The notes beneath the pieces are model-generated. The model ran no database searches, had not been told where the DNA came from, and saw only the letters and a program-made list of their open reading frames with translations. Made by a program: the position numbers and the translations under genes. DNA of 64,000 nt, taken from Candidatus Latescibacterota bacterium. GTDB lineage: Bacteria; Latescibacterota; UBA2968; UBA8231. Below, piece by piece: positions 27,879 to 37,198 of this stretch. Location: positions 110,631 through 174,630 of the forward strand of contig CBDCNM010000001.1 of NCBI GenBank assembly GCA_965219385.1, written 5' to 3'. Within the stretch, counting starts at the first letter, position 1. Every line of letters starts with the position of its first letter.

Positions 27879-28825
27879 CCCCTATGGCCCTCATCTCCGC
27901 TTGAAGGTGGATCGGCAAAGGCCGGGCCTACTGCATCTTCCGGCGTTTCAGGCGGCTTCAACTCCCCTGCCGAGAGTACATCTTCGATGGTTGGAATCAG
28001 TCGCTTAAGCAGGTTGGTTTTGCGGAACGTGTCCCGACACGCTAAGCGCACTTCTCGCACTGGTTCAGCAGTACGACCCTTCGCGTGTTGTCCCGCAATG
28101 CGAAACGCTGTCGGCACCGCCGTTTCAAATTTGAACAAATCAGCGATGTCGTACACGAAGGAGAGGGGTTTACCAGTATGCAAAAAGCCGATTGCTGGGG
28201 CATACCCAGCCGTGAGCACGGCGGCTTCTGTAATACCGTAGAGACAGGCAGTTGCAGCCGAGAGGCAGCGGTTGGGTGAGTCGGAGAAATTCCAATCCGA
28301 AGGATCGTAACTACGCCTTTTCCACTGTACTCCAAACTGCCGCGCTAAATTCTCATAAAGTGTACGCACACGTACTCCCTCAATTCCGCGAAGCTGTTCG
28401 ATAGAACGGCGTTGCGGCGCTCGCTCGCCAAATCGGATCTGATACATTCGTCGGACGATCTTTAGCCGAGCATCGGGGTCGAGCGCGAGGCGGCACTGCC
28501 ACAAAAGCCTGTCGGACCGGGCACCGCCCGGCTGGCCGGCCGCGTACATGCGCACCCCGGCTTCGCCAACCCATATCAGCAAAGTGCCGACCCGAGCGGC
28601 GAGTGCCACCGCAGCATGACTGACCCGAGCACCTGGCTCGAGCATGATGCAAGCCAACCCGCCGACCGGAATGTGCGTCCGCACCCCATTAACATCTACG
28701 AGTACAAAGGCCCCGTCGAGCACATCGAGTTGACCTTTCTCCACAAAAACGATGGAAGTGCGGTCTTTTATGGGGATCGGTTTGGGGGGCGGAGCACCCG
28801 GCATTCTGTCGGGGCTAGCCATCAA
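27875..28825 (-). CDS. cas1: CRISPR-associated endonuclease Cas1 (I-E)
   Basis: FVLVDVNGVRTHIPVGGLACIMLEPGARVSHAAV...GEAGVRMYAAGQPGGARSD, as in E. coli Cas1. Confidence 0.95.
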   Translation of the reverse strand: MMASPDRMPGAPPPKPIPIKDRTSIVFVEKGQLDVLDGAFVLVDVNGVRTHIPVGGLACIMLEPGARVSHAAVALAARVGTLLIWVGEAGVRMYAAGQPGGARSDRLLWQCRLALDPDARLKIVRRMYQIRFGERAPQRRSIEQLRGIEGVRVRTLYENLARQFGVQWKRRSYDPSDWNFSDSPNRCLSAATACLYGITEAAVLTAGYAPAIGFLHTGKPLSFVYDIADLFKFETAVPTAFRIAGQHAKGRTAEPVREVRLACRDTFRKTNLLKRLIPTIEDVLSAGELKPPETPEDAVGPAFADPPSSGDEGHRG

Positions 28826-29553
28826 ACGATCCTGCGTATAAGCATCAGGCCGCAGCCAAACGCCTTGCCTCGCCCGAAGCCCTGCCGAAGACGGGCAAGA
28901 AACGAATTAGGCTCAGTCATGGTCAAAGCACCTTTGAGGTCGAATATGCCCAACGTGCCGAATTTCCCCCCGCGCCGTGCGAAACGCTCGGCGCGATAGC
29001 CTTCGAGCCTCAGCTTATCAAGGTGGAATCCGTGTTCCGCAGCCCGCGTTGTTAGCCAGTCGTAGGCCGCCTTTTGGGCAAGCTGCATCCGGGATTCGGC
29101 GCGGTCGAGTTTTGCTTCCTCCTTGAGCTGATCCATAGCCACATCGCAGCGTTGTCGAACGGCCTTTCCCTGACTGTCCACGCCAACTTTACGGTCAACT
29201 GTGGCGTTAAGGCGCAGGTCGAACGCCAGCCGGTCTCCGGGCGAGAGTGCTGGCTCAAAGAGCTTCGTCTCGATAGTGAAGAAGCAAGAGTCTTCCAAAG
29301 GCTTGGGGCCGAGAAGGTAGTACCGTCCGCGCTGGCGGTCGGCCCGCCAAAGAAACGCGGATTTTGGCGTACCGGCAGTCCGGCTCTGCTCTATCTCAGT
29401 ACGCACATCTGGCGGAATGACCGTCCAGATCAGACGATGATCTACAGCGAGGCGGTCAGACGATGTCGATGGCTGAAGAACTTGGAGCAGGGGGGCTATG
29501 TCCGCGGCGTCGCGCCGGAGCGTAAGACGCGAGAAATAAAGGCGTGCGCTCAT
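28822..29553 (-). CDS. cas6e: Cas6e (CasE) crRNA endoribonuclease
   Basis: C-terminus GKAFGCGLMLI (compare E. coli AKSMGCGLLSL). Consistent length and operon position. Confidence 0.9.
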   Translation of the reverse strand: MSARLYFSRLTLRRDAADIAPLLQVLQPSTSSDRLAVDHRLIWTVIPPDVRTEIEQSRTAGTPKSAFLWRADRQRGRYYLLGPKPLEDSCFFTIETKLFEPALSPGDRLAFDLRLNATVDRKVGVDSQGKAVRQRCDVAMDQLKEEAKLDRAESRMQLAQKAAYDWLTTRAAEHGFHLDKLRLEGYRAERFARRGGKFGTLGIFDLKGALTMTEPNSFLARLRQGFGRGKAFGCGLMLIRRIV

Positions 29554-30254
29554 TGCGAAGCCTCTTTCTGGTCAGGTAGGACATGTACGTATTCGAGTCG
29601 TTGCCGGAACTGCCAGCTCGTGCGGTCGCCTGGCTCGTCCATGCGTAGCTGCGTCCGCAAGGGGGCGTCGGGAGAGCCGAGGTCCGCCTGATCCTCCACG
29701 GCGACTAGGCCGTTCGGCTCGTCGCTATGGCGCTTGAACGCATCAACGACCGTTTGCACCTCGATGATCTCCGGCGCGAGCGGGTGCGAAAGCGGGCAGG
29801 ACTTGCGCCCTAAATACAATGTATAAGCCGGTCTCTCGAACCCAGCGTTGAGATCCAGCAACAAATATTGCCCGCCTGAGACGGCTCGGTAAGCCGCCTG
29901 ATAGCGCACATCCGTGCGGTACTCGCGGTGGGTGATACTCGTCGCAAGGTCCAAGGGGCTAGAAAGTGCCTCTGCCCTAGTGTGGGGACGCCCCTTGGCC
30001 GAAGGTAGCGATTGGTAGGTGTGAAAATCCGTCACCAATGTCCCGGCACGCAGTGTGCGAGTAGCAACGCGGAAAGAGGCAGCAAGCGCCCGCTGCCCCT
30101 CCGCATCGGCGCGAGTGATGCCCAGTGCTGCGCCGGCCAGCCCCAAAAGGGCGGATCGCGTCGGACGGTCGGCCGTGCCGCGCCGGACATTGCCCGCTTC
30201 TTCGCCGAAGCTGGCCATGGGTGCTGCAAGGGTGATGATCAGCCATTCTGTCAT
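29550..30254 (-). CDS. cas5e: Cas5e (CasD)
   Basis: MTEWLIITLAAPMASFGEE...PTRSALLGLAGAALGI, as in the CasD N-terminus. Confidence 0.9.
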   Translation of the reverse strand: MTEWLIITLAAPMASFGEEAGNVRRGTADRPTRSALLGLAGAALGITRADAEGQRALAASFRVATRTLRAGTLVTDFHTYQSLPSAKGRPHTRAEALSSPLDLATSITHREYRTDVRYQAAYRAVSGGQYLLLDLNAGFERPAYTLYLGRKSCPLSHPLAPEIIEVQTVVDAFKRHSDEPNGLVAVEDQADLGSPDAPLRTQLRMDEPGDRTSWQFRQRLEYVHVLPDQKEASQ

Positions 30255-31372
30255 TCTAAGCCCTCCATCCCTTGTACTGCGAAGGCGACCAACTTGTCCA
30301 GCGTGGCACTATTGGCCGCGCCTACGTGGAGTTCGATGTCGTCGCTCCAATCCTTGCCGTAGCTCTTCTCAAAGGCGGCGCGCTGCTTCTTGAGCGCTTC
30401 CACGGACTCTCCGAGTTGATCGTCCGACCCTACCGGCTTGGTGAAGGCACTGGCCAAGCTGCGAGGTTGGCCGTCTCCCCGCTCCAGAAGCAGGTATTCG
30501 GCGCGCACGTGATTGGCAAAGCTGTTTTTCTTGCCGGAGGGTGATGCCGTCGCCGCAACGCGCACCAGCGCGGAGAGCGCCCGCCCGGCAAGCTCCGCAT
30601 CACCTGAGAGATTCTCTAGCAACAGCGCTTGGTTGACGCAGATATAGAGATAGAACACGCCGGCACCGAAACCAGCCTCTCCGATGAAGCCCGCGCCTGC
30701 ATCTTCTTCCGCGGTCTTCAGGTCGTCAACGGCTGTGTAGTAATCATCTTCGATATCGGCCCGGTTAGTGGTAAAGGCATGAGCCACCTGCACGGCGGCG
30801 TCGCGGTTGAAGTCGGGATTATCGGCCAACATGCGCCCAAACATGGCTATATCGACCGCCCCGTCGGCTGTTTGAAGGACTTTAGGAGCAAACTCTTTAA
30901 CGAACTTTGTCATGTCCGTATTCCCCTTGTCCTTACCCTTTTCGATCCTTGGTACTTCCACCTCTCCAGAAAGTATTTGCTCCGCCAACTCAAAGGCAGC
31001 AGCGCGTTCCTCCGGCGAGATGAAGGCTAGCTGTTCGGTATAGGCCGGGTTCGCGTCTTTTTCTCCTTTTATTTTTCCGAACAGGGCAGCGATGTTACGG
31101 GCGATTTCGAGTGCTTTGTCCTCCGACGCGCCCTGTTCAAGTAGGTGCGAGCGCACCTTGTCACCCATGCGCTGGGTGCGCTCTCCTAGATTCCCCGTCA
31201 GGGCCGACCGGAAAGCGTCGTCCGTGCGGATGGCGCGTTTGAGCGACTGGCTAGAAATACGCATACGCGATACGCCGCCGATGAAGGCAGTCTTGGGACG
31301 GCCGAGGTCGTCTCGGTTGGGGTTGGACGGCGGATAGGCCGTCAGAATGTGCATTTGCACAAAGCGGCTCAT
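30251..31372 (-). CDS. cas7e: Cas7e (CasC) Cascade backbone
   Basis: MHILTAYPPSNPNRDDLGRPKTA...RISSQSLKRA, the CasC signature. Confidence 0.9.
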   Translation of the reverse strand: MSRFVQMHILTAYPPSNPNRDDLGRPKTAFIGGVSRMRISSQSLKRAIRTDDAFRSALTGNLGERTQRMGDKVRSHLLEQGASEDKALEIARNIAALFGKIKGEKDANPAYTEQLAFISPEERAAAFELAEQILSGEVEVPRIEKGKDKGNTDMTKFVKEFAPKVLQTADGAVDIAMFGRMLADNPDFNRDAAVQVAHAFTTNRADIEDDYYTAVDDLKTAEEDAGAGFIGEAGFGAGVFYLYICVNQALLLENLSGDAELAGRALSALVRVAATASPSGKKNSFANHVRAEYLLLERGDGQPRSLASAFTKPVGSDDQLGESVEALKKQRAAFEKSYGKDWSDDIELHVGAANSATLDKLVAFAVQGMEGLE

Positions 31373-31926
31373 AGTTGAGTCTCCTCTTGGGGTTGGGTGT
31401 TTTCTGCGGTATCGGCTCGGCGCGTATGATAGTATTCAAAGGTCCAGTCACGTCGGCTCTGATCATTGAAAAAGAGTATGTCGAGAACAAAGCGGCGCAC
31501 GTCAAAGGGGGTGTCGCCCAAGATCGCCAAGGCCCGGCGCAATGCTTGGGCGAATCGGTCTTTGTCCGCGCCCGCTTTGAGCAGAGCACTAAATCTCATA
31601 GGCGACAGGCGCGGACGATCGTCGCGTTCGGGGATATTTCCGCCCTGCGTACGGCCCAAGACCGTGGCAAAGTTGGGAAAACGGGCGGACTGCTCAGCGG
31701 GCTTAACCCTAGCAAGGGTTAGGGCCAGCACGGCGAGGTTAGTCTCAGACGCATAGCCTTTTCCATGCACTTTGGCGATTAGCTTGTGGGTCTCTGGCTC
31801 TAAGAACGCGTCGAATACGCTTTTGCAGCGCTTCAGCCGCGCCCTTGCACCTCGGTCTCCGTGGTCCGAGTGAAGCGGTTTCCACCAGTGCTCCACTACG
31901 GTATTAGCGATTTGATCATACTGCAT
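31369..31926 (-). CDS. cse2: Cse2 (CasB) small subunit
   Basis: 185-aa alpha-helical protein in the expected operon slot between cse1 and cas7e. Confidence 0.8.
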   Translation of the reverse strand: MQYDQIANTVVEHWWKPLHSDHGDRGARARLKRCKSVFDAFLEPETHKLIAKVHGKGYASETNLAVLALTLARVKPAEQSARFPNFATVLGRTQGGNIPERDDRPRLSPMRFSALLKAGADKDRFAQALRRALAILGDTPFDVRRFVLDILFFNDQSRRDWTFEYYHTRRADTAENTQPQEETQL

Positions 31927-33683
31927 TAAGCGGCCTCCTTTTGGGTTTTAGGTTTTTTCTTTGGCAAAGGAAGTTCGAGCTTGTCGTAAAGCGTCTTACT
32001 CTGCTTGGTCAGGCCAGCAAAGGTTGCGTTCAGTATGCCGTAGGCATTGACGATGTCCTTGGCCTTCTCGATGTCTTGCAAGGGCACGGGTGCCAGTCGG
32101 TCGAAAGTCGCAAGGGCTGCAAAGCGCATGATCCTTAGCCAGTGCCGTGCAGAAGCGCCCAGGTCGCCCAAGCGACCATCTTCAGGCATTTCTTGGAGCA
32201 AGTCGTCGAGCAGGAGGTGGAATTGGTCCTCGGTTGCGTCGAAGAAATCCGCCCGTGCTTGATCGAGAATCCCCTTATCGTTCGAGGCGTTCTTCTGGCC
32301 GCTGAAAAGTGCCTTTTTCAAGGCTGCTAACAACTGAGAAACTGCTTGATCGGCGGCTTCGGAGAAATGTCGGGCGAGGTCGTCGAGTGCCTGTTGTTGA
32401 TCGGATATCTTCGCCAGATGCAAAGGCTCCTCGGCGATGAGATAGGCGATTGCTTCCATGTTGTTCATAGCCCAACCGCCGACCCGAACGCGGGCATCGG
32501 CCGCCTGTTTATTCTGGCTAAGGGCGTGGGAGCGATTATTCTTGGCGAGCTTGATGTTTGTGGGCTGTTCAGCCAGCTTGCCATCCTTGCTCCCCACCGT
32601 GACGGCAACCCAGTCTCGATAGCCGAAGCGTCCTGATTTCGGCTTGGCCGAATAGAGTTCCCCCGCCTCTTCCTGGCGTCGGTAGGGCGTCAAGGGATGC
32701 TGCCACATCCCATAGTTTGTCCCGTAAGGCTTCTGAATAAATCCGGTGACCGGCGGCCCTTCCCTGTCGGTCATGGAGCAGATGCCCGGCTCGCTGGAAA
32801 AGACCAGTCGAATGCGACGCGGCATACCGAAATACGCCTGCAAGGGGTGGGTGTCTGAGTCGACTTCGGACACAACGCGATTGCTCTCTGAGGTGAGTGT
32901 CGGGGCCAGCCAAGGCAGGACCTTGGACAACTCGTCGCTTTTCAGACGAACATGGTGCCCTACATTGGCGAAAATTTTGCGCCACAAAGGCACGGGCGGC
33001 GCATCGCCATGAGCCGCCGGAATGACCAGCGCGGTCAAAGGTCCGCCCCCGCGCATGGAGGTGCGGTTCCCGGCACCGCCGGACGGCGCGTAGGCTTGCA
33101 GGGCGTACAGCGCCATGGCCGCAGCGGGTAGACCAAGGGCGGCATAGCGGTCGCGGTGAGTCAGCAGGTCCGAGTTCTTGCGCTGGCCGTTTTGCCCAGG
33201 TGTGTCAATGAGCAGCAACTCAATAGGGGTTTCGTCGCCTTGCAAGGACTCGTAGTCCTGCAAGAAGCGCGGCCCTTCGCCGTTGAGATAGAAGGCGGGA
33301 ACAAGAGGGGCGAGCTTTTCGGCGAGCGCGTCTCGATCAGGCGGGCTGCTCCAAAATGGACGCCAGTCGTTGTCCTCGTCGCGGATATCGAAGGCCAGCG
33401 AAATCACGCCGATGCAGAACTCGAAGCTCGCCATGTTGAAATCCGGTCGCGGCCAGTTAAATTCGACCGGGTAGTCTTCATCCAAGCCGTTGCTCTCGGC
33501 CCCGGTCACTAGCTCGGGAAAGGCAAGCCATCTCTGTGCTCCAGATCGCATGACCACTGGGAGGAAGGGATCACTGAGTAGATTGAAAGTCATTGATAAC
33601 TCCTTCAAAATTTGTTTAACCAACAGCTTACTACATAATATAAAGAGGCAATCGTACTTTGTCAAGGGCAAGTTGTGGTCCAT
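31926..33683 (-). CDS. cse1: Cse1 (CasA/Cas8e) large subunit
   Basis: 585 aa in the expected position. ATG at 33683 (MDHNLPLTKYD). Confidence 0.85.
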   Translation of the reverse strand: MDHNLPLTKYDCLFILCSKLLVKQILKELSMTFNLLSDPFLPVVMRSGAQRWLAFPELVTGAESNGLDEDYPVEFNWPRPDFNMASFEFCIGVISLAFDIRDEDNDWRPFWSSPPDRDALAEKLAPLVPAFYLNGEGPRFLQDYESLQGDETPIELLLIDTPGQNGQRKNSDLLTHRDRYAALGLPAAAMALYALQAYAPSGGAGNRTSMRGGGPLTALVIPAAHGDAPPVPLWRKIFANVGHHVRLKSDELSKVLPWLAPTLTSESNRVVSEVDSDTHPLQAYFGMPRRIRLVFSSEPGICSMTDREGPPVTGFIQKPYGTNYGMWQHPLTPYRRQEEAGELYSAKPKSGRFGYRDWVAVTVGSKDGKLAEQPTNIKLAKNNRSHALSQNKQAADARVRVGGWAMNNMEAIAYLIAEEPLHLAKISDQQQALDDLARHFSEAADQAVSQLLAALKKALFSGQKNASNDKGILDQARADFFDATEDQFHLLLDDLLQEMPEDGRLGDLGASARHWLRIMRFAALATFDRLAPVPLQDIEKAKDIVNAYGILNATFAGLTKQSKTLYDKLELPLPKKKPKTQKEAA

Positions 33684-33761
33684 TAATTAATCCCCGTGTG
33701 TACGGGGAACATGTTAGCCGACAGCATACTACGGCTCATTCCCGCGTCTGCGGGACAACAA
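33684..33761 (-). ncRNA. CRISPR-repeat-derived mini-array: degenerate repeat - 19-nt spacer - degenerate repeat (putative crRNA-like regulatory RNA) at the cas3/cse1 junction
   Basis: Minus strand: TTGTCCCGCAGACGCGGGAATGAGCCG - TAGTATGCTGTCGGCTAAC - ATGTTCCCCGTACACACGGGGATTAATTA followed by the cse1 ATG. Both pseudo-repeats keep the Cas6e hairpin through compensatory changes (TCCCGC/GCGGGA, CCCCGT/ACGGGG). The 5' handle reads ATGAGCCG against consensus ATGAACCG. Confidence 0.6.
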
Positions 33762-36528
33762 ATCTAAAGCCCAGCTGGGCACAGTACATAAAATAGCCGT
33801 CATCCTTCTCCCCTTCCAATCGCACTCTACCATCCCCTTCTACCACTGCAATTAATATCTTGCGTTCCCACTCCGGCCAGTCGCTTTTGGCCTGCTCTTG
33901 AAGGCGCTGATCCTCGGGTGGCGGCGAAGCTCCTTGGAGAAAATTCTCCCGTACCCGGATTTCGGACAAGGCCCAAGCCCTGTTGGGATCGTCGTCGGGT
34001 GCCACGCACCAGGGAACAAGACGCTCTTCCTCTATGTGAGCCAAGCGCAACGTGACGGTTGGCTCTCCCAGCCGAGTGCCTATGTCCTCTGTGCCGCTCA
34101 AGTTTGACGGCAGGCTACTATAGCCGTCTTGCAGATTAACGACGTTAAATTGACCCAGCGAGCGTTCGCCGCTTTCTGTTCCCACGTCCTCCCACTGCTT
34201 TTCTTCGAGGGCTGGCGGCACATCTTCATTGGCGTAAACGCACTCAATCAATGGGCGAAAACTTGCCGGCGTGTCAATGCGTCCGGCGTCGAACAGGACC
34301 TTCGCGCTACGCCACATCACGCCGGCACATTGATAGACAAAGGCCGCCTTGTCGAGTACCGGCTCAAGCCAGTCTTTGTCTTCTACCTGATCCGGGTCCG
34401 GCGAGACCACGAGCATACGCGGCCCCTCTACAGGGCGGCTTTCCGGCGGGCGCTTGTCCAAATGCCGCCACATCCGCCCGGCGCGCTGAATGATAAGGTC
34501 CACCGGCGCGAGGTCCGAAATGATGAGATCAAAGTCGAGGTCGAGGCTTTGCTCAACCACCTGCGTGGCCACAAGGATATGGCCGGCCCGGTCCGTCGCT
34601 TTGGCGTCGCGCCCGAATCGGCACAATACATCCTTTTCTATAGCCTGTCGGTCATCTTGGGCAAACCGAGCGTGGAATAGGTGAATGTGATCTGGGTGAT
34701 CCACTTGGCCCGCAAGCGATTCATATACAGCGATGGCCTCATCTACTGCGTTGCAAATGACCAGCACGGCCACTCCCTCTTTTGCTGCGGAGAGTGCCCG
34801 TGTCTCGGCGGTTGTTCGGTCAGGCAGGCGTTCTACCGTTACGTTGCGACGCAAAGCAGAATCGAATCCCGGTTCGCATTCCTGTGCATCGCCGATTGCG
34901 ACCGAGGTGAGCAACGGGTACGCCTCACTGCATAGTTGATCGCTCAGATCGTCTGGATCGCGCAGGCCGAGGCCCTCAGCGAAAGCCTCTGTCATGGCTC
35001 GTCGCTGCTCCAGAGATAAGGTCGCTGAGAGCACTATAGCGGAGCCGCCGTTTTGGGCGTGGAGTTCCAGTAGCGCGGAAAGTTCCTCGCCCATATAGGC
35101 ATCAAAGCAATGGGCTTCATCAACGATGAGGATGCGGCCTGCAAGCCCGTATTGACGCAAGGTTAGATGTCTTTTGGGCAGGACGGAGAGAAAGGCTTGG
35201 TCGATGGTCCCCGCTCCGACATCTGCGTAAAAGGCTTTTCGTCGGTCGTCCGCGATCCATTCAGCGCAAAAGGCGGATGCGGTAGCTTCGTCATCGCTGC
35301 CGTTGTCCATGGCTGCGCGGTTAATGATGGCGCGGAATGCCTCGGACAGGTTCGACTGGCCATGGGCCAGGACCAGTGAAGGGGTGGCCACTGGGGCAAA
35401 CAGGGCCTTGTAGGTCTCCGCCAGCCGCTCGTACATGGCGTTGGCCGTCGCCATGGTCGGCAGCGCAAAGTACAGGCCCTCGCCCTTGCCCGCGGCCATC
35501 ATCCGTGCAGCGAGCATGATGGCCGCCTCTGTCTTGCCAGCACCTGTGGTGTCTTCTATGATGAACAACTGCGCTCCGTCTGTGAGCGGCGCTTCTTCCG
35601 CCAGCTTCTGCATGGGTCTTGGGCGGGCGGCAGCTCGCGGCGCGAAACAAGCATAATTCGGACGGGACTCCGAGGTCTGAGGCAGCAGCCCCTTGCCCAA
35701 TAGGGCTTTTTCGGCCTGAGCAAGCGCCCAGTCCCAATAGTCCTCCAGCCGCGTATTGACCGGTTCAAAGGGGAAGTGACAGGTGTCGGAGCCGATCCAG
35801 TCGGCTAGCGTGACAAGCCCTGACAAGCGCCAAGACCACTGCGCCGCCTGCTTCTGCTTTTTGAGAGAAGACAGCGGCGAAGGGTTTATCAGGTTCCGGA
35901 GAATACAAAAGGCATCACGAGCCGCATCCACGCATTCCGCACCAATCTGCCGGTCGCGTTGAGCCTTGCCTGGATCGGCGTTTACTTCATCCTGTCCTTC
36001 AGGCGGTCGTCCATGGTGCCCCGCAATGGCAGCAATGATCGGTGCTATATAATCAGAATAAGGAATGCTGGGGAACAGGCTGATGAATTCTTTGGCAATT
36101 GGCTCGGCCCGGAGGAGAATCCCCGTGTTGCGCCAGTGGCCGCGATCGGCTTCCTCCCCTCTCAAGCCGAGCACCTGCGCCGGCCACAATGCGGGCACTT
36201 TGGCCTGAAAGCCGCGTGAAAATTTGCCGAGATCGTGTATGCCAGCCAAGAAAGCGGTGGTTCTGGACAAGCTTTCTGGATCCGCGTTCAGCAAAGCGGC
36301 CTCGCGCTTGAGACGGGAAGGATTCAATTGCTGCCATCGCAGGGCGACTGCGGCGACATCCATTAAATGATGCAATACGGGCTTGTAGCCACCTTGCCCT
36401 TCGGTATCACTTCGTACATTTTCCGAAGAATCCCCAGAACCACGCGGCGTCTTGCCCCAGAATGCTAGGATGTGAGCGGCTTCCATATGTGCATTTGGAA
36501 AGATAAAGGTAGTTATCGGGCCAAGCAA
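33736..36528 (-). CDS. cas3: Cas3 HD nuclease/helicase
   Basis: HD motifs (HLMDVAAVA, IHDLGKF), helicase Walker A DTTGAGKTEAA, DEAH box LIVDEAHCFD. ATG alternative start at 36486; the track start at 36528 is TTG. The 3' end encodes the first pseudo-repeat. Confidence 0.93.
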   Translation of the reverse strand: MLGPITTFIFPNAHMEAAHILAFWGKTPRGSGDSSENVRSDTEGQGGYKPVLHHLMDVAAVALRWQQLNPSRLKREAALLNADPESLSRTTAFLAGIHDLGKFSRGFQAKVPALWPAQVLGLRGEEADRGHWRNTGILLRAEPIAKEFISLFPSIPYSDYIAPIIAAIAGHHGRPPEGQDEVNADPGKAQRDRQIGAECVDAARDAFCILRNLINPSPLSSLKKQKQAAQWSWRLSGLVTLADWIGSDTCHFPFEPVNTRLEDYWDWALAQAEKALLGKGLLPQTSESRPNYACFAPRAAARPRPMQKLAEEAPLTDGAQLFIIEDTTGAGKTEAAIMLAARMMAAGKGEGLYFALPTMATANAMYERLAETYKALFAPVATPSLVLAHGQSNLSEAFRAIINRAAMDNGSDDEATASAFCAEWIADDRRKAFYADVGAGTIDQAFLSVLPKRHLTLRQYGLAGRILIVDEAHCFDAYMGEELSALLELHAQNGGSAIVLSATLSLEQRRAMTEAFAEGLGLRDPDDLSDQLCSEAYPLLTSVAIGDAQECEPGFDSALRRNVTVERLPDRTTAETRALSAAKEGVAVLVICNAVDEAIAVYESLAGQVDHPDHIHLFHARFAQDDRQAIEKDVLCRFGRDAKATDRAGHILVATQVVEQSLDLDFDLIISDLAPVDLIIQRAGRMWRHLDKRPPESRPVEGPRMLVVSPDPDQVEDKDWLEPVLDKAAFVYQCAGVMWRSAKVLFDAGRIDTPASFRPLIECVYANEDVPPALEEKQWEDVGTESGERSLGQFNVVNLQDGYSSLPSNLSGTEDIGTRLGEPTVTLRLAHIEEERLVPWCVAPDDDPNRAWALSEIRVRENFLQGASPPPEDQRLQEQAKSDWPEWERKILIAVVEGDGRVRLEGEKDDGYFMYCAQLGFRFVVPQTRE

Positions 36529-36552
36529 ATCCCGGTCCGATTGGGTGCTTTC

Positions 36553-37191
36553 TCAGAGAATCCCGTACTTGTCGAAGACCGCCCTCGGGGAATGGCCGGC
36601 GGCCAGCTCGTCGCGCACCGTGTTCTCGCCCTCCAGCTTTTCCCGGGCGCGGCGCAGGACCTCATCCTGGATGGCGGCCGGGATCGCGGCCACCCCCTCG
36701 AAATCCGCCAGGATGAAATCTTTGGGCTGGACATCTATGCCGCCGCAGCGGATGGGGACATTGACCTCAGTGGGAAAGCAGCGACCCGCCGAGTCCAGGG
36801 GCGAATATCCCCTGGAGAAACACCCAAATCCCATCTGGTCCATCAGCCGGACGTCGCGCACCAGTCCGTCGGTGACCACGGCGTTGACCCCGCGGGCCTG
36901 GGCCGCGGTGGCCAGCAACTCGCCCCACAGCCCCGAGCGGCGTTCGCCGTTGGTGGCGATGACCACCACGTCGCCGGGTTGCATCTGGTCGTAGGCCGCA
37001 AAGATCCGGCCGTAGGGATCCTCCACGGTTTGGTGGCTTTCAAAGGCATTCAGGGTCACGGCCGGACCGGCAAACCAGGTGGTGGGCAGCGAGGGCCGGA
37101 CGTCGTGCTCCATGGCCTGATCGCGGTAGCCCATCTGGTCCATGACGTCGGCGGCCAGGGCGGTGTAGATGGGTTTCCATTCTTCGTACAT
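36553..37191 (-). CDS. RraA family protein (RraA/4-hydroxy-4-methyl-2-oxoglutarate aldolase-like)
   Basis: 212 aa with RraA-like fold motifs (DVVVIATNGERRSGLWGELLATAAQARG). Stop lies 24 nt upstream of the cas3 TTG. Confidence 0.7.
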   Translation of the reverse strand: MYEEWKPIYTALAADVMDQMGYRDQAMEHDVRPSLPTTWFAGPAVTLNAFESHQTVEDPYGRIFAAYDQMQPGDVVVIATNGERRSGLWGELLATAAQARGVNAVVTDGLVRDVRLMDQMGFGCFSRGYSPLDSAGRCFPTEVNVPIRCGGIDVQPKDFILADFEGVAAIPAAIQDEVLRRAREKLEGENTVRDELAAGHSPRAVFDKYGIL

Positions 37192-37198
37192 GGTCTCC

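Noticed and set aside
33714-33732. Possible target of the mini-array spacer inside the 136-bp repeat (13/19 identities to ...TACTATGCCGTTCGCTGAA...)
   Set aside because: About ten matches of this quality are expected by chance in 2 x 64 kb. There is no AAG/ATG-type PAM and the seed has a mismatch. Not evidence of targeting.
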